64,000 bases of DNA from Nitrosopumilus sp. (GCA_965197525.1 OZ240211.1:448001-512000); one strand, 5' to 3'; shown: positions 1-10,317, counted from the stretch's first letter. The notes: a model not told the origin generated them from the sequence alone. Made by a program: numbers and translations.

Positions 1-3000
1 TCAGTTAGAGGATTATCTGCAGAATCCTCGATGCCGTGGTTTTGTACAAGATCAAGGTTGTATGTCCCGTCACTTGATGCAGAGACCGTCACAAAGTACT
101 GGCTGCCAGAACCGGATATGGAGGTTACAGGACTGGGAACATCGGTGGTATCACCATAATTAATTGTGAGTGTCCAGCTGTTCAGAACGCCGTCATCTGC
201 AGATGGAAAATTGTCGTTGATCTTCAGCGTCCATGTTCCCGATATTGAGGTGCCGTTAAAATTTGGTGTGTATGTAGCAACTATGTCGTCTGAACTACCA
301 CCTGAACTGTTGTGTAACGTTTTGGTTGTACCGTCGGGGGCAACCAAATCTACCTTTAGATCACCAATGTATGTATGAGTAATGTTTAGGTTAACTGAAA
401 CTGATGTAACATTTCCAGAATTAGACACTGCTATAGTATCAATAATGTCTTGATTACCTGCTATGATAGTTGATGGTGATTCGGTCTGAGTGAACTGGCC
501 AGTACCAGTACCCGGGTCAGAGCCACCCGTGCTATCAGAAGACAGGACAAAGTCAGACTGGGTTACACCGGTCACTGCCTCACTAAAGGTTACCTCGTAG
601 ACTAGTGTCTGGCTGTCAGTAGTTGCAGCAGCAGCAGGATTGTATCTCTCAATTGATGTGAGTGTTGGTGCTGTGGTATCAGCAGGTACCGTGTTGACCG
701 TGTAGGTGTGGTCTACTCCAGTGGTGGCAGTATCAGTTAGAGGATTATCTGCAGAATCCTCGATGCCGTGGTTTTGTACAAGATCAAGGTTGTATGTCCC
801 GTCACTTGATGCAGAGACCGTCACAAAGTACTGGCTGCCAGAACCGGATATGGAGGTTACAGGATTAGCAGCACCCGTGCTATCAGAAGACAGGACAAAG
901 TCAGACTGGGTTACACCGGTCACTGCCTCACTAAAGGTTACCTCGTAGACTAGTGTCTGGCTGTCAGTAGTTGCAGCAACAGGATTGTATCTCTCAATTG
1001 ATGTGAGTGTTGGTGCTGTGGTATCAGCAGGTACCGTGTTGACCGTGTAGGTGTGGTCTACTCCAGTGGTGGCAGTATCAGTTAGAGGATTATCTGCAGA
1101 ATCCTCGATGCCGTGGTTTTGTACAAGATCAAGGTTGTATGTCCCGTCACTTGATGCAGAGACTGTCACAAAGTACTGGCTGCCAGAACCGGATATGGAG
1201 GTTATAGGATTGTGGATGTCAGTGGGATCACCATGATTAATTGTGAGTGTCCAGCTGTTCAGAACGCCGTCATCTGCAGACGGATAGTCGTCGTTGATCT
1301 TCAGCGTCCATGTTCCCGATATTGAGGTGCCATTAAAGCTTGGTGTGTATGTAGCTACTATGTCGTCTGAACTACCACCTGAACGGTTGTGTAACGTTTT
1401 GGTTGTACCGTCGGGGGCAACCAAATCTACCTTTAGATCACTAATGTATGTATGAGTAATGTTTAGGTTAACTGAAACTGATGTAACATTTCCAGAATTA
1501 GACACTGCTATAGTATCAGTAACATCTTGAGCACCTGTTATGGCAGTTGATGGTGAGTTGGTCTGAGTGAACTGGCCAGTATCTGTGTCAGGACCGCCCG
1601 TGCTATCAGAAGACAGGACAAAGTCAGACTGGGTTACACCGGTCACTGCCTCACTAAAGGTTACCTCGTAGACTAGTGTCTGGCTGTCAGTAGTTGCAGC
1701 AGCAGCAGGATTGTATCTCTCAATTGATGTGAGTGTTGGTGCTGTGGTATCAGCAGGTACCGTGTTGACAGTATATGTCTGGTCTACTCCAGTGGTGGCA
1801 GTATCAGTTAGAGGATTATCTGCAGAATCCTCGATGCCGTGGTTTTGTACAAGATCAAGGTTGTATGTCCCGTCACTTGATGCAGAGACCGTCACAAAGT
1901 ACTGGCTGCCAGAACCGGATATGGAGGTTACAGGACTGGGAACATCGGTGGTATCACCATAATTAATTGTGAGTGTCCAGCTGTTCAGAACGCCGTCATC
2001 TGCAGATGGAAAATTGTCGTTGATCTTCAGCGTCCATGTTCCCGATATTGAGGTGCCGTTAAAATTTGGTGTGTATGTAGCAACTATGTCGTCTGAACTA
2101 CCACCTGAACTGTTGTGTAACGTTTTGGTTGTACCGTCGGGGGCAACCAAATCTACCTTTAGATCACCAATGTATGTATGAGTAATGTTTAGGTTAACTG
2201 AAACTGATGTAACATTTCCAGAATTAGACACTGCTATAGTATCAATAATGTCTTGATTACCTGCTATGATAGTTGATGGTGATTCGGTCTGAGTGAACTG
2301 GCCAGTACCAGTACCCGGGTCAGAGCCACCCGTGCTATCAGAAGACAGGACAAAGTCAGACTGGGTTACACCGGTCACTGCCTCACTAAAGGTTACCTCG
2401 TAGACTAGTGTCTGGCTGTCAGTAGTTGCAGCAGCAGCAGGATTGTATCTCTCAATTGATGTGAGTGTTGGTGCTGTGGTATCAGCAGGTACCGTGTTGA
2501 CCGTGTAGGTGTGGTCTACTCCAGTGGTGGCAGTATCAGTTAGAGGATTATCTGCAGAATCCTCGATGCCGTGGTTTTGTACAAGATCAAGGTTGTATGT
2601 CCCGTCACTTGATGCAGAGACCGTCACAAAGTACTGGCTGCCAGAACCGGATATGGAGGTTACAGGATTAGCAGCACCCGTGCTATCAGAAGACAGGACA
2701 AAGTCAGACTGGGTTACACCGGTCACTGCCTCACTAAAGGTTACCTCGTAGACTAGTGTCTGGCTGTCAGTAGTTGCAGCAACAGGATTGTATCTCTCAA
2801 TTGATGTGAGTGTTGGTGCTGTGGTATCAGCAGGTACCGTGTTGACAGTATATGTCTGGTCTACTCCAGTGGTGGCAGTATCAGTTAGAGGATTATCTGC
2901 AGAATCCTCGATGCCGTGGTTTTGTACAAGATCAAGGTTGTATGTCCCGTCACTTGATGCAGAGACTGTCACAAAGTACTGGCTGCCAGAACCGGATATG

Positions 3001-3810
3001 GAGGTTACAGGATTAGCAGCACCCGTGCTATCAGAAGACAGGACAAAGTCAGACTGGGTTACACCGGTCACTGCCTCACTAAAGGTTACCTCGTAGACTA
3101 GTGTCTGGCTGTCAGTAGTTGCAGCAGCAGCAGGATTGTATCTCTCAATTGATGTGAGTGTTGGTGCTGTGTTGTCTAACGCGGTATTTACAATGTATGT
3201 TTGATCTGTCCCTGTTGGGATGATGTTGGTTAACAGATGGTTTCCGGTATCTTTGATGCCACTGTTAGACACTAGATCCAAATTATATGTGCCATCACCT
3301 GATGCAGAGACCGTCACAAAGTACTGGCTGCCAGAACCGGATATGGATGTAATAGAGTTGTTGTCGCTGTTAGCATTATTAGAATATATTGTAAGCGTCC
3401 AGTTATGTAGAACGCCGCCGTTGTATGAATTTCCATCGTGGTCACGGATATTTAGTGTCCAATTTCCTGAAATGTCGGTGCCTCTAAAGTTTGGGGTGTA
3501 TGTTTGATAGATCTCTCCTGCAGAGTTGCCTGAACGGCTATGTAATGTTCTGGTCGTGCCGTCAGGAGCAATCAGATCTACAGCTAGTTGACCAACATAC
3601 GGATGGGTAATATCCACTGCAACTGAAACTGACGAGACAGTTTTAGGGCTAAACATTGAGATCGTGTCCGTGATTGGAAGATACGATGGTATCTCAATCA
3701 GGTCTGAATTGGTCTGTGTAAATGGCCCAACACCACCAGTACTGCTAGAAGACAGAGTAAAATCAGACAGGTTCACATTTGTCACTGCCTTATTGAATTT
3801 CACCTTGTAG
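1..3810. repeat. Intragenic tandem modules: short (345-348 bp) Ig-like and long (714-732 bp) Ig+P-domain units, including a near-exact 1803-bp duplication
   Basis: Anchor gtagactagtgt at 597, 945, 1668, 2400, 2748, 3093 and 3807. Sequence at 1 recurs at 1804; shadow ORFs 166/1969 and 706/2509 are identical and offset by 1803. Confidence 0.95.
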
Positions 3811-5351
3811 ACTAGTGTTTGGCTATCGGTAATTTCTGTTGTGGGATTGTGTCTTGTAATAGAGGTAATAGTAGGTGCTTCGGCAGTTGATTTGACACTA
3901 ACGTAAATGGAACGAGAGGGATCTACATTAAGAGAAAGAGAACCCACACTTGTGGTGTTGGCAGTTATTGTTATGGAATATCCTGATTTGGAGGAATAAT
4001 TAGAGGTGGATGTGAGGAAGAGTTGTCCATGTCTTATTGTAAAAGCGTCAGCGTCTGTACCTGTAATAGAGTAGTTGTCAATATCAGCATCAAATCCAAC
4101 TGATGTGTATATGTCGGTGACAAGTGTTTCGCCATTACCAATGGATGTATCATTCAAGTTAATAAACCAAGATCTCTGATTATGGTTAAAGGAAGAAGCG
4201 TTACCAAACATGTCATTCATGTAAGTTACAGAGGAGACATTCCAAGTGGATAGATTGCTGTTAAAAGAGGTTGCATAACTAAACATTCTACTCATGTCAG
4301 TCACAGAGGAGACATTCCAGGTGGATAGATTGCTGTTAAAAGAGGTTGCATCAATGAACATTCCATACATGTTAGTCACATTGGAGACGTCCCATCTAGA
4401 GATGTCACTGTTAAAGACCTGAGCCGACTGAAACATCTGGGTCATACGTTTCACATTGGAGACATCCCATCTAGAGATGTCACTGTTAAAGTTGTCTGCA
4501 CTAGAAAACATATACGTCATGTCAGTTACAGAGGAGACATTCCAGTTGGATAGATTGCCGGTAAATGATGGTGTCTTGTAGAACATGTAACGTAGATTAG
4601 TCATCAAGGAGACATCCCAATTGGATAGATCTCCATTAAAGGCGTTGGCTTCATAGAACATACTGTGTACAGATTTTGGTGGGTAGGTGAGATCAGGTAC
4701 ATCGGTTGCCCGGTACTGCATATTGACTGCGCCTTTGAACATATCTCGCATGTTAGTCCATTTAGTATCTCCCCATTGATCTATCGATAAGAGTAATTGC
4801 GGAGAACCATCGACAGTAAAAACACCAACATAATCAAAATAGAAGCGCTCTAAATCGCCAGAGATGATAATAGTGGCACTTTTATCTGTAGTAGGATCGG
4901 AGTTTCGGTAAAAGTGAGATACTCGTCCAGATTCGTCATAGATGCTTGTAGAACCACGATCATCACCCCAATCTATTGTTACCTGACCACCGGCTGCCAC
5001 GTCAATATTAAATGCAACATTAGCGTAATTGTTATTATTACTGACAGGTTCTCCAGTAACATCCCATGTGGTAACAAAGACAGTAGAGTTGTATGTTTGC
5101 GCATACACATGCGGTAACAATATTGAATATGGTACTTGATCTACCAGATCAGCCCAAACATGATCAGTTAGAATGTAGGTCAAAGGATACAAGTTGTTTG
5201 CACCTACCTCCCAGACTTCATCATAAAATGCCACACATAGTCCAAACACCAGCATCGCGTTCAGCAGGATGATGATGCTTATAGTAATCGGACTACGTGA
5301 TTTGAATTTGCCACCAACATCACAATGTGCGTAGCAAGAAAAAACAGGCAA
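1..5351 (-). CDS. Giant secreted surface protein, 3'-truncated by window edge (>1780 aa): hydrophobic N-terminus, PKD-like domain, ~6 BspA/DUF285-type 25-aa repeats, then tandem Ig-like modules, several carrying proprotein-convertase P-domains
   Basis: Spot-translated by hand on the minus strand; same frame at both ends. In-frame TAA at 5355-5357, then TTG at 5351: LPVFSCYAH...IIILLNAMLVFGLCVAF...VYAQTYNSTVFVTTWDV...IDWGD...SIDQWGDTKWTNM...FNSDISRWDVSNV...; at 1-30 EDSADNPLTD. Missing from the ORF track because no stop lies in the window; the start codon is uncertain. Confidence 0.88.
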   Translation of the reverse strand, partial: MPVFSCYAHCDVGGKFKSRSPITISIIILLNAMLVFGLCVAFYDEVWEVGANNLYPLTYILTDHVWADLVDQVPYSILLPHVYAQTYNSTVFVTTWDVTGEPVSNNNNYANVAFNIDVAAGGQVTIDWGDDRGSTSIYDESGRVSHFYRNSDPTTDKSATIIISGDLERFYFDYVGVFTVDGSPQLLLSIDQWGDTKWTNMRDMFKGAVNMQYRATDVPDLTYPPKSVHSMFYEANAFNGDLSNWDVSLMTNLRYMFYKTPSFTGNLSNWNVSSVTDMTYMFSSADNFNSDISRWDVSNVKRMTQMFQSAQVFNSDISRWDVSNVTNMYGMFIDATSFNSNLSTWNVSSVTDMSRMFSYATSFNSNLSTWNVSSVTYMNDMFGNASSFNHNQRSWFINLNDTSIGNGETLVTDIYTSVGFDADIDNYSITGTDADAFTIRHGQLFLTSTSNYSSKSGYSITITANTTSVGSLSLNVDPSRSIYVSVKSTAEAPTITSITRHNPTTEITDSQTLVYKVKFNKAVTNVNLSDFTLSSSSTGGVGPFTQTNSDLIEIPSYLPITDTISMFSPKTVSSVSVAVDITHPYVGQLAVDLIAPDGTTRTLHSRSGNSAGEIYQTYTPNFRGTDISGNWTLNIRDHDGNSYNGGVLHNWTLTIYSNNANSDNNSITSISGSGSQYFVTVSASGDGTYNLDLVSNSGIKDTGNHLLTNIIPTGTDQTYIVNTALDNTAPTLTSIERYNPAAAATTDSQTLVYEVTFSEAVTGVTQSDFVLSSDSTGAANPVTSISGSGSQYFVTVSASSDGTYNLDLVQNHGIEDSADNPLTDTATTGVDQTYTVNTVPADTTAPTLTSIERYNPVAATTDSQTLVYEVTFSEAVTGVTQSDFVLSSDSTGAANPVTSISGSGSQYFVTVSASSDGTYNLDLVQNHGIEDSADNPLTDTATTGVDHTYTVNTVPADTTAPTLTSIERYNPAAAATTDSQTLVYEVTFSEAVTGVTQSDFVLSSDSTGGSDPGTGTGQFTQTESPSTIIAGNQDIIDTIAVSNSGNVTSVSVNLNITHTYIGDLKVDLVAPDGTTKTLHNSSGGSSDDIVATYTPNFNGTSISGTWTLKINDNFPSADDGVLNSWTLTINYGDTTDVPSPVTSISGSGSQYFVTVSASSDGTYNLDLVQNHGIEDSADNPLTDTATTGVDQTYTVNTVPADTTAPTLTSIERYNPAAAATTDSQTLVYEVTFSEAVTGVTQSDFVLSSDSTGGPDTDTGQFTQTNSPSTAITGAQDVTDTIAVSNSGNVTSVSVNLNITHTYISDLKVDLVAPDGTTKTLHNRSGGSSDDIVATYTPSFNGTSISGTWTLKINDDYPSADDGVLNSWTLTINHGDPTDIHNPITSISGSGSQYFVTVSASSDGTYNLDLVQNHGIEDSADNPLTDTATTGVDHTYTVNTVPADTTAPTLTSIERYNPVAATTDSQTLVYEVTFSEAVTGVTQSDFVLSSDSTGAANPVTSISGSGSQYFVTVSASSDGTYNLDLVQNHGIEDSADNPLTDTATTGVDHTYTVNTVPADTTAPTLTSIERYNPAAAATTDSQTLVYEVTFSEAVTGVTQSDFVLSSDSTGGSDPGTGTGQFTQTESPSTIIAGNQDIIDTIAVSNSGNVTSVSVNLNITHTYIGDLKVDLVAPDGTTKTLHNSSGGSSDDIVATYTPNFNGTSISGTWTLKINDNFPSADDGVLNSWTLTINYGDTTDVPSPVTSISGSGSQYFVTVSASSDGTYNLDLVQNHGIEDSADNPLT

Positions 5352-5618
5352 TAATTAACCGTTTATTGATGACTATATAGTCAATGTAATGAATAATATC
5401 GATCTACTTTATTAAAATTAGTCTACTAGAGATAGATCTAGACTAAAATAAATAGTACTATAAAAAGATACTAGGCTACAACTGCATGATTATTCAATCA
5501 TTAAAGACATCCAGTGATAGATACAAAAGATATGTGCCAAGTGTGTACTAAACGAATCTCTGATCTAAGTTAGGTAGACCCTAGAACAATCAAAGGCCAT
5601 ATGATAAATATATTCCAG

Positions 5619-5664
5619 AATTCTGTGAAGTTATCGAAGGATCTAACATATTAACTCAAAAATC
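5619..5664 (+). mobile_element. Degenerate copy of the GGTTCTGT-type transposon end
   Basis: aattctgtgaagttatcgaagg matches the TIR at 31387 over 17 contiguous nt (ttctgtgaagttatcga). The following atctaacatattaactcaaaaat matches the subterminal sequence at 55845-55867. Confidence 0.8.
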
Positions 5665-5685
5665 AATTTCTTTTTTTATATAAAG

Positions 5686-6402
5686 TTAACAAGTCAAGCC
5701 TCGACTAGTTAACATTGACATATCAACTATCCAGATTACCGGTCTGTAGGGTTCCGACATTGCTAACTCAAAAGTGTTAGTCTGCGCTTCACTTATGCCA
5801 CCTCTGCTATTCCTAAACCTAGGGGACAGCTTGCATGATATATTTATGGGAGCTACAACATCTCTATCCATCATAAATAATCCGCAATTATTGCACGACA
5901 TTTTACGTCTGTGTTGCATGTCCTCTTGGAGTTTCTTTCCGCATTGCAGACATTGTGTGCTCGTGTTTTTTGGGTCTACATATCTTACCGGCGGGAACCC
6001 GGCCCATTGGGCTTTGTATTCTATTTGGCGTTGTAACTCAAAGAATTGCCATCCGTTCATTCTACGTCTGTATTTGTTGCCTTGACCATTTTCTTTTTTG
6101 TAGAGTTTTCTTATTCCTTTTAGGTTTTCTAAAACGATGACAGTTTTTTCTTCGACGGTAGTATCCACAATATCATCTGTTATTTTGTGCAGATATTGTT
6201 TTGTTCTATTATTCATTCTTCTCTGTTTTTCTTTATAGAACTCACCTTTCTTTCTACGGTTATTTCTAGGGAATCCAGCTCTAGCATGTATTGTGTTCTC
6301 TGATAGATAACATCTTGTTTGTCTTGTAAAATGTCATTTTTATTTCATTTCCACAAGTTACATTTCTAAGGTTTCTGTCTATCCCTACTACATTGGTACA
6401 CT
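5686..6402 (-). pseudogene. tnpB: 5'-truncated, frameshifted tnpB (RNA-guided endonuclease) paralogous to 31409-32602
   Basis: ORF 5686-6216 has IVLENLKGIR, CLQCG...CNNCG and DRDVVAPINI. DNA homology to the intact copy extends to ~6402 (VGIDRNL region), with an indel near 6300; the N-terminal half is absent. Confidence 0.9.
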
Positions 6403-6419
6403 ACCGTATACAAAATATC

Positions 6420-6720
6420 AGATGGAAACAGATTGACGTTACAACAACCAAATAGTAGGAAACGTCGTAAATGGATCTACTACAAACATATTTTATTGAA
6501 TTCGAGGTTACATACTACTGTAAACACCGATGATGACAACTAATTGCTGGTTATATGGATGATGATTTTGAAGATAAGACATTCGTGTAAGTGTAAATAA
6601 TCTACAAACAAATGATAAGCTAGAAAGACTCCATGAAACAGTTCGAAGAAAGACGAAACTTTGAGGATGCAAATGAATTTGGTTTATTAACGGAACCGTA
6701 TCAAATCTCATATATTACTT
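6420..6720 (+). pseudogene. Probable heavily decayed DDE transposase (IS6/IS1-like) C-terminal relic
   Basis: 6578-6661 translates DIRVSVNNLQTNDKLERLHETVRRKTKL, then *GCK. This resembles from memory the N-x2-ERL-x2-T-x-R-x-R-x-K-x2-RG motif around the third catalytic Glu of archaeal IS6-like transposases. Many stops; not verified by search. Confidence 0.45.
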
Positions 6721-6977
6721 GAATAATTTAGAGAATTTGTCAATACACTAATAAAAAATATCCCTAAATCAAGAACGGTAGTTATTGACAATCAAACAAG
6801 AGAATAATATCATGTATAGTGAAAGGGTACGTGCTCAGGTCCAATACAAATCTAAGCACGAACTTGCAAGAATTATGTCTTTGTTTATAAGGAACCTGAG
6901 CACATACGTGAAAGGTAAATGAATATTAAAATACCATGCACGGGCAGATTGTACACGAGATCGACAAGTGATAAGAT

Positions 6978-8543
6978 TTGACACACAATTCCTCACACCC
7001 TACAAATCCAAAATTATTCTTTGACAAAGGTACAATTTGTATTAGAGATGCAAAATTAGTAAGAATTCCAAACACAAAATATGATGATAAAAACCATGTA
7101 CTTCGATCATATGCTTTGAACTATCAGGATATTGTAGATTATTTAGAAAAAAGTGATCTTGATTTTATCGACAAGGTACAGGATTTGATTCCATCACATA
7201 CGCTACAAATAAGAGATTTAAAACTACGAGACTATCAAAGACAAGCAGTAAAAAACTGGGAAGAAGCATCAATGAGGGGTTGTGTTGTACTGCCCACAGG
7301 CGCAGGAAAGACTGCCATAGGAATAAAAGCAATTCAAGTAGTGAATTCTTCAACACTAGTTATAGTACCAACCATTGATTTGATGGAGCAGTGGATTGAA
7401 AACATCTCCAAGTACTTGTTTGTGGATAATATTGACAATGGTAATGGTAATGGCGGTAATAACAAAAACGACAACGGCATGGACGGCAATACGGTACAAA
7501 AACTAACCATCGGCAGATTAGGCGGAGGAGAGGAAGACATCCAAGCAATCACAGTAACAACTTATGATTCTGCATATCTAAAAGCATCAAATATTGGAAA
7601 TAAATTTAAATTTATAATATTTGATGAGGTCCATCATCTTCCAGCACAAGGATATCGCACTATTGCAGAACAGTTTACATCACCGTACAGATTGGGATTG
7701 ACTGCAACGATACAAAGAGAAGATCAGCTACACGAGTTGATACCCCAGCTTGTTGGAGGTGTTGTGTTTGAGACAGATTCAAAACAGCTGTCATCACAAA
7801 GTTATCTAGCAGAACATACCATCAATAGAATACAAATAAATCTAACACCAGACGAACAAAAAGAGTACGATACCAATTATACAAAATTTCTAACAAATCT
7901 AAAACAGCTTGGATTCAAAGGCGGGCCGTCATTTTATAATCTCAAACAGCTAATCATGATCTCAAACAAAAACAAGATGGCAAGACAAGCAATACTTGCT
8001 AAAAATAAAGCAAACGAGATAGCATTAAATAGTCAGGCAAAGATAGAGAGGCTCAAATCCATATTAGAAGAGAATGCACATACAAAGACAATAATTTTTA
8101 CACAGAATAACAAAATGGTTTACAAGATATCTGACAGATTTTTAATTCCATTTATCACATACAAGACAGTAAAAGATGAGAGAAGGGATGTGCTAAAAGG
8201 ATTCAAATCCAACAGGTATAACGCAATTGTAACATCCAAGGTTTTAGATGAAGGAGTGGACGTTCCAGACGTAGAATTAGGAATAATAATTAGTGGAACA
8301 GGCAGTAAGAGAGAGATAATACAGAGGCTAGGAAGACTGCTAAGACCAAAACGAGATGGCAGAAAAGCAAAACTTGTTGAACTAGTCTCAAGCCACACGC
8401 ATGAAACAAGAACTAGTGCAAAGAGAATGTCAGCACTAAAAGAAAAGAACAGGAGTGCCCCCTCCTCTGTTACGACTGTCGTTACTACGACAGATATAAG
8501 AGATAAAACGAGCACAAAAACGTCAAATAAGGAGGAGGGGTAA
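6978..8543 (+). CDS. xpb: XPB/Rad25-like SF2 helicase
   Basis: Motifs LRDYQ, LPTGAGKT, IFDEVHH, GLTAT, VLDEGVDVP, QRLGRLLR; directly upstream of a DUF790 gene; TTG start. Confidence 0.85.
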   Translation: MTHNSSHPTNPKLFFDKGTICIRDAKLVRIPNTKYDDKNHVLRSYALNYQDIVDYLEKSDLDFIDKVQDLIPSHTLQIRDLKLRDYQRQAVKNWEEASMRGCVVLPTGAGKTAIGIKAIQVVNSSTLVIVPTIDLMEQWIENISKYLFVDNIDNGNGNGGNNKNDNGMDGNTVQKLTIGRLGGGEEDIQAITVTTYDSAYLKASNIGNKFKFIIFDEVHHLPAQGYRTIAEQFTSPYRLGLTATIQREDQLHELIPQLVGGVVFETDSKQLSSQSYLAEHTINRIQINLTPDEQKEYDTNYTKFLTNLKQLGFKGGPSFYNLKQLIMISNKNKMARQAILAKNKANEIALNSQAKIERLKSILEENAHTKTIIFTQNNKMVYKISDRFLIPFITYKTVKDERRDVLKGFKSNRYNAIVTSKVLDEGVDVPDVELGIIISGTGSKREIIQRLGRLLRPKRDGRKAKLVELVSSHTHETRTSAKRMSALKEKNRSAPSSVTTVVTTTDIRDKTSTKTSNKEEG

Positions 8544-8551
8544 TAGTAGTA

Positions 8552-10246
8552 GTGCTCTCATCAGATCTGCTGCGAACGAGGATTAGTCGTGGACGTATTG
8601 CCCCAATATTCTGCAGTACAAATTTTGGCAAGGGGACAGACTATGAACTTGCCAACAAAATTATCACATCTTTTGTAGATGCCAAAAAAAATAATCAGAC
8701 AAAGGGTCAGATGATAGAGAACATGACCGCAATCGAATTACAATATGATCATAAACTAGTTAGAGGACTATTTGCATTACTTGAGAGGCGTTCTACATTT
8801 CAGAGAGTTCAACTCTCTGGCAGTACGTCAACTCCTCAAACTATTAGACAGATATTGTTTGAAGAGTCATCAAAACGAGGTTTAGCATTATCGGTATCAC
8901 AGAGACAAGACATAATAAAACAGGTTGCGCAACAGATGCATCTGCATCCAGAAGAGATAGAGACTGCAATGTGGAGTGATAAAGAAGAGAACCTAGTACT
9001 AGTACAATTTGATACCATTAGCCCAAAAGATTTAATTTTGTGGTACAATCTGTCACTAGCCCAAACACTCCTATTCAAGTGTACAGGACTAGAATTTTAT
9101 GTAAAGGGAGGAATGCATTGGAAACGCGTACTAAGAGATGTAAAGAAATACGGATTGATGTACAGTTTAGAGCATGAAAAGTATAACGACGGAAAAGGCA
9201 ACAAAGACTCTTCTATAAAATGCGTTTTGGATGGACCTCTTAGTCTGTTTAAAATGACTGATAAATACGGAACATCCATGGCAAAATTGTTACCATCAAT
9301 AGTAGGCACACCAACATGGAGAATAAACGGTTCAATAGTCAGAAAAAACGAGAATGGGCAAAAGATCTACGAGTTTGAGCTATCAGATGAGAACACAAAA
9401 GATGTAATCCGAGAGGTAGCCGATGCAGCATACCAAGATAATGATTATGATGACCGAATATACGATAGCTCAGGTGAGGCAGCATTTGCAAAAAAATTCT
9501 CTCAATACTTTGATCAGCAAGACAAACTCGGATGGAGAATTTCACGTGAACCGGATCCATTGATTGCCAACGGAAAAGCCATGATACCTGATTTTCTCTT
9601 TGAGAGATTCGGACGAAGAGTATATCTAGAGATTGTAGGATTTTGGACAAGAGAATACCTTGACAGAAAGGCAGCCAAGCTCAAGGCATTGTTTGATAAT
9701 AACGACAATACAGACCAGAAAAGCAATGACAAAGTTGATCTCTTGGTGGCAGTAAACTCAGAATTGGCATGCTCACAGATAAAGAGCATCTCATATGATA
9801 GAATTTTCACCTTTCAAAAAGATGTCCCAATAAAACCTATTTTAGAACATTTAAAAAAAATTGACGCTCAAATTCTCAAAGAGAAGATTAGTAACACCGT
9901 AATCAATCTTGAAGAAAGCAATTCAGATATAATTTCTATAAAAGACGTTGCAGACAGATACCATATCCCAAAACAGGCAGCAGTGCAGATTATCTCTAAA
10001 AGATATCCTAATAGTTATGTCGTACTAGAGTCGCATCTAATATCAAAAGACAAGGCAGACATCATAAACAATATGATATCAGAAATTTCAGAGTTTGTCC
10101 AAGCATGCAAGATATTGACATTGCAGAAAATTCCCGATTCATGTCATGCCGAACTGATATCAAAGTTAGGTTATGATGTAATTTGGAGTGATCTAAACCC
10201 AAATAACGCAAAGATTGTAAAGATAGCAACAAGTAATTCTATATAA
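8552..10246 (+). CDS. bax1: DUF790/Bax1-like PD-(D/E)xK endonuclease, partner of XPB
   Basis: MLSSDLLRTR N-terminus, YNLSLAQTLLF, GPLSLFKMTDKYG and PDFLF...YLEIVGFWT motifs; 8-bp gap after xpb. Confidence 0.8.
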   Translation: MLSSDLLRTRISRGRIAPIFCSTNFGKGTDYELANKIITSFVDAKKNNQTKGQMIENMTAIELQYDHKLVRGLFALLERRSTFQRVQLSGSTSTPQTIRQILFEESSKRGLALSVSQRQDIIKQVAQQMHLHPEEIETAMWSDKEENLVLVQFDTISPKDLILWYNLSLAQTLLFKCTGLEFYVKGGMHWKRVLRDVKKYGLMYSLEHEKYNDGKGNKDSSIKCVLDGPLSLFKMTDKYGTSMAKLLPSIVGTPTWRINGSIVRKNENGQKIYEFELSDENTKDVIREVADAAYQDNDYDDRIYDSSGEAAFAKKFSQYFDQQDKLGWRISREPDPLIANGKAMIPDFLFERFGRRVYLEIVGFWTREYLDRKAAKLKALFDNNDNTDQKSNDKVDLLVAVNSELACSQIKSISYDRIFTFQKDVPIKPILEHLKKIDAQILKEKISNTVINLEESNSDIISIKDVADRYHIPKQAAVQIISKRYPNSYVVLESHLISKDKADIINNMISEISEFVQACKILTLQKIPDSCHAELISKLGYDVIWSDLNPNNAKIVKIATSNSI

Positions 10247-10317
10247 TTGGTATGACATTGTTGAGGGTATTTACTGCCATTCGATGAACAATACGATCAT
10301 CATCAAAATACTTTGAT

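Noticed and set aside
166-3507. Repeated short + strand ORFs (MWSTPVV..., MSVQLF...), also at 35008-42747
   Set aside because: Antisense shadows of Ig/P modules; used only as repeat markers.
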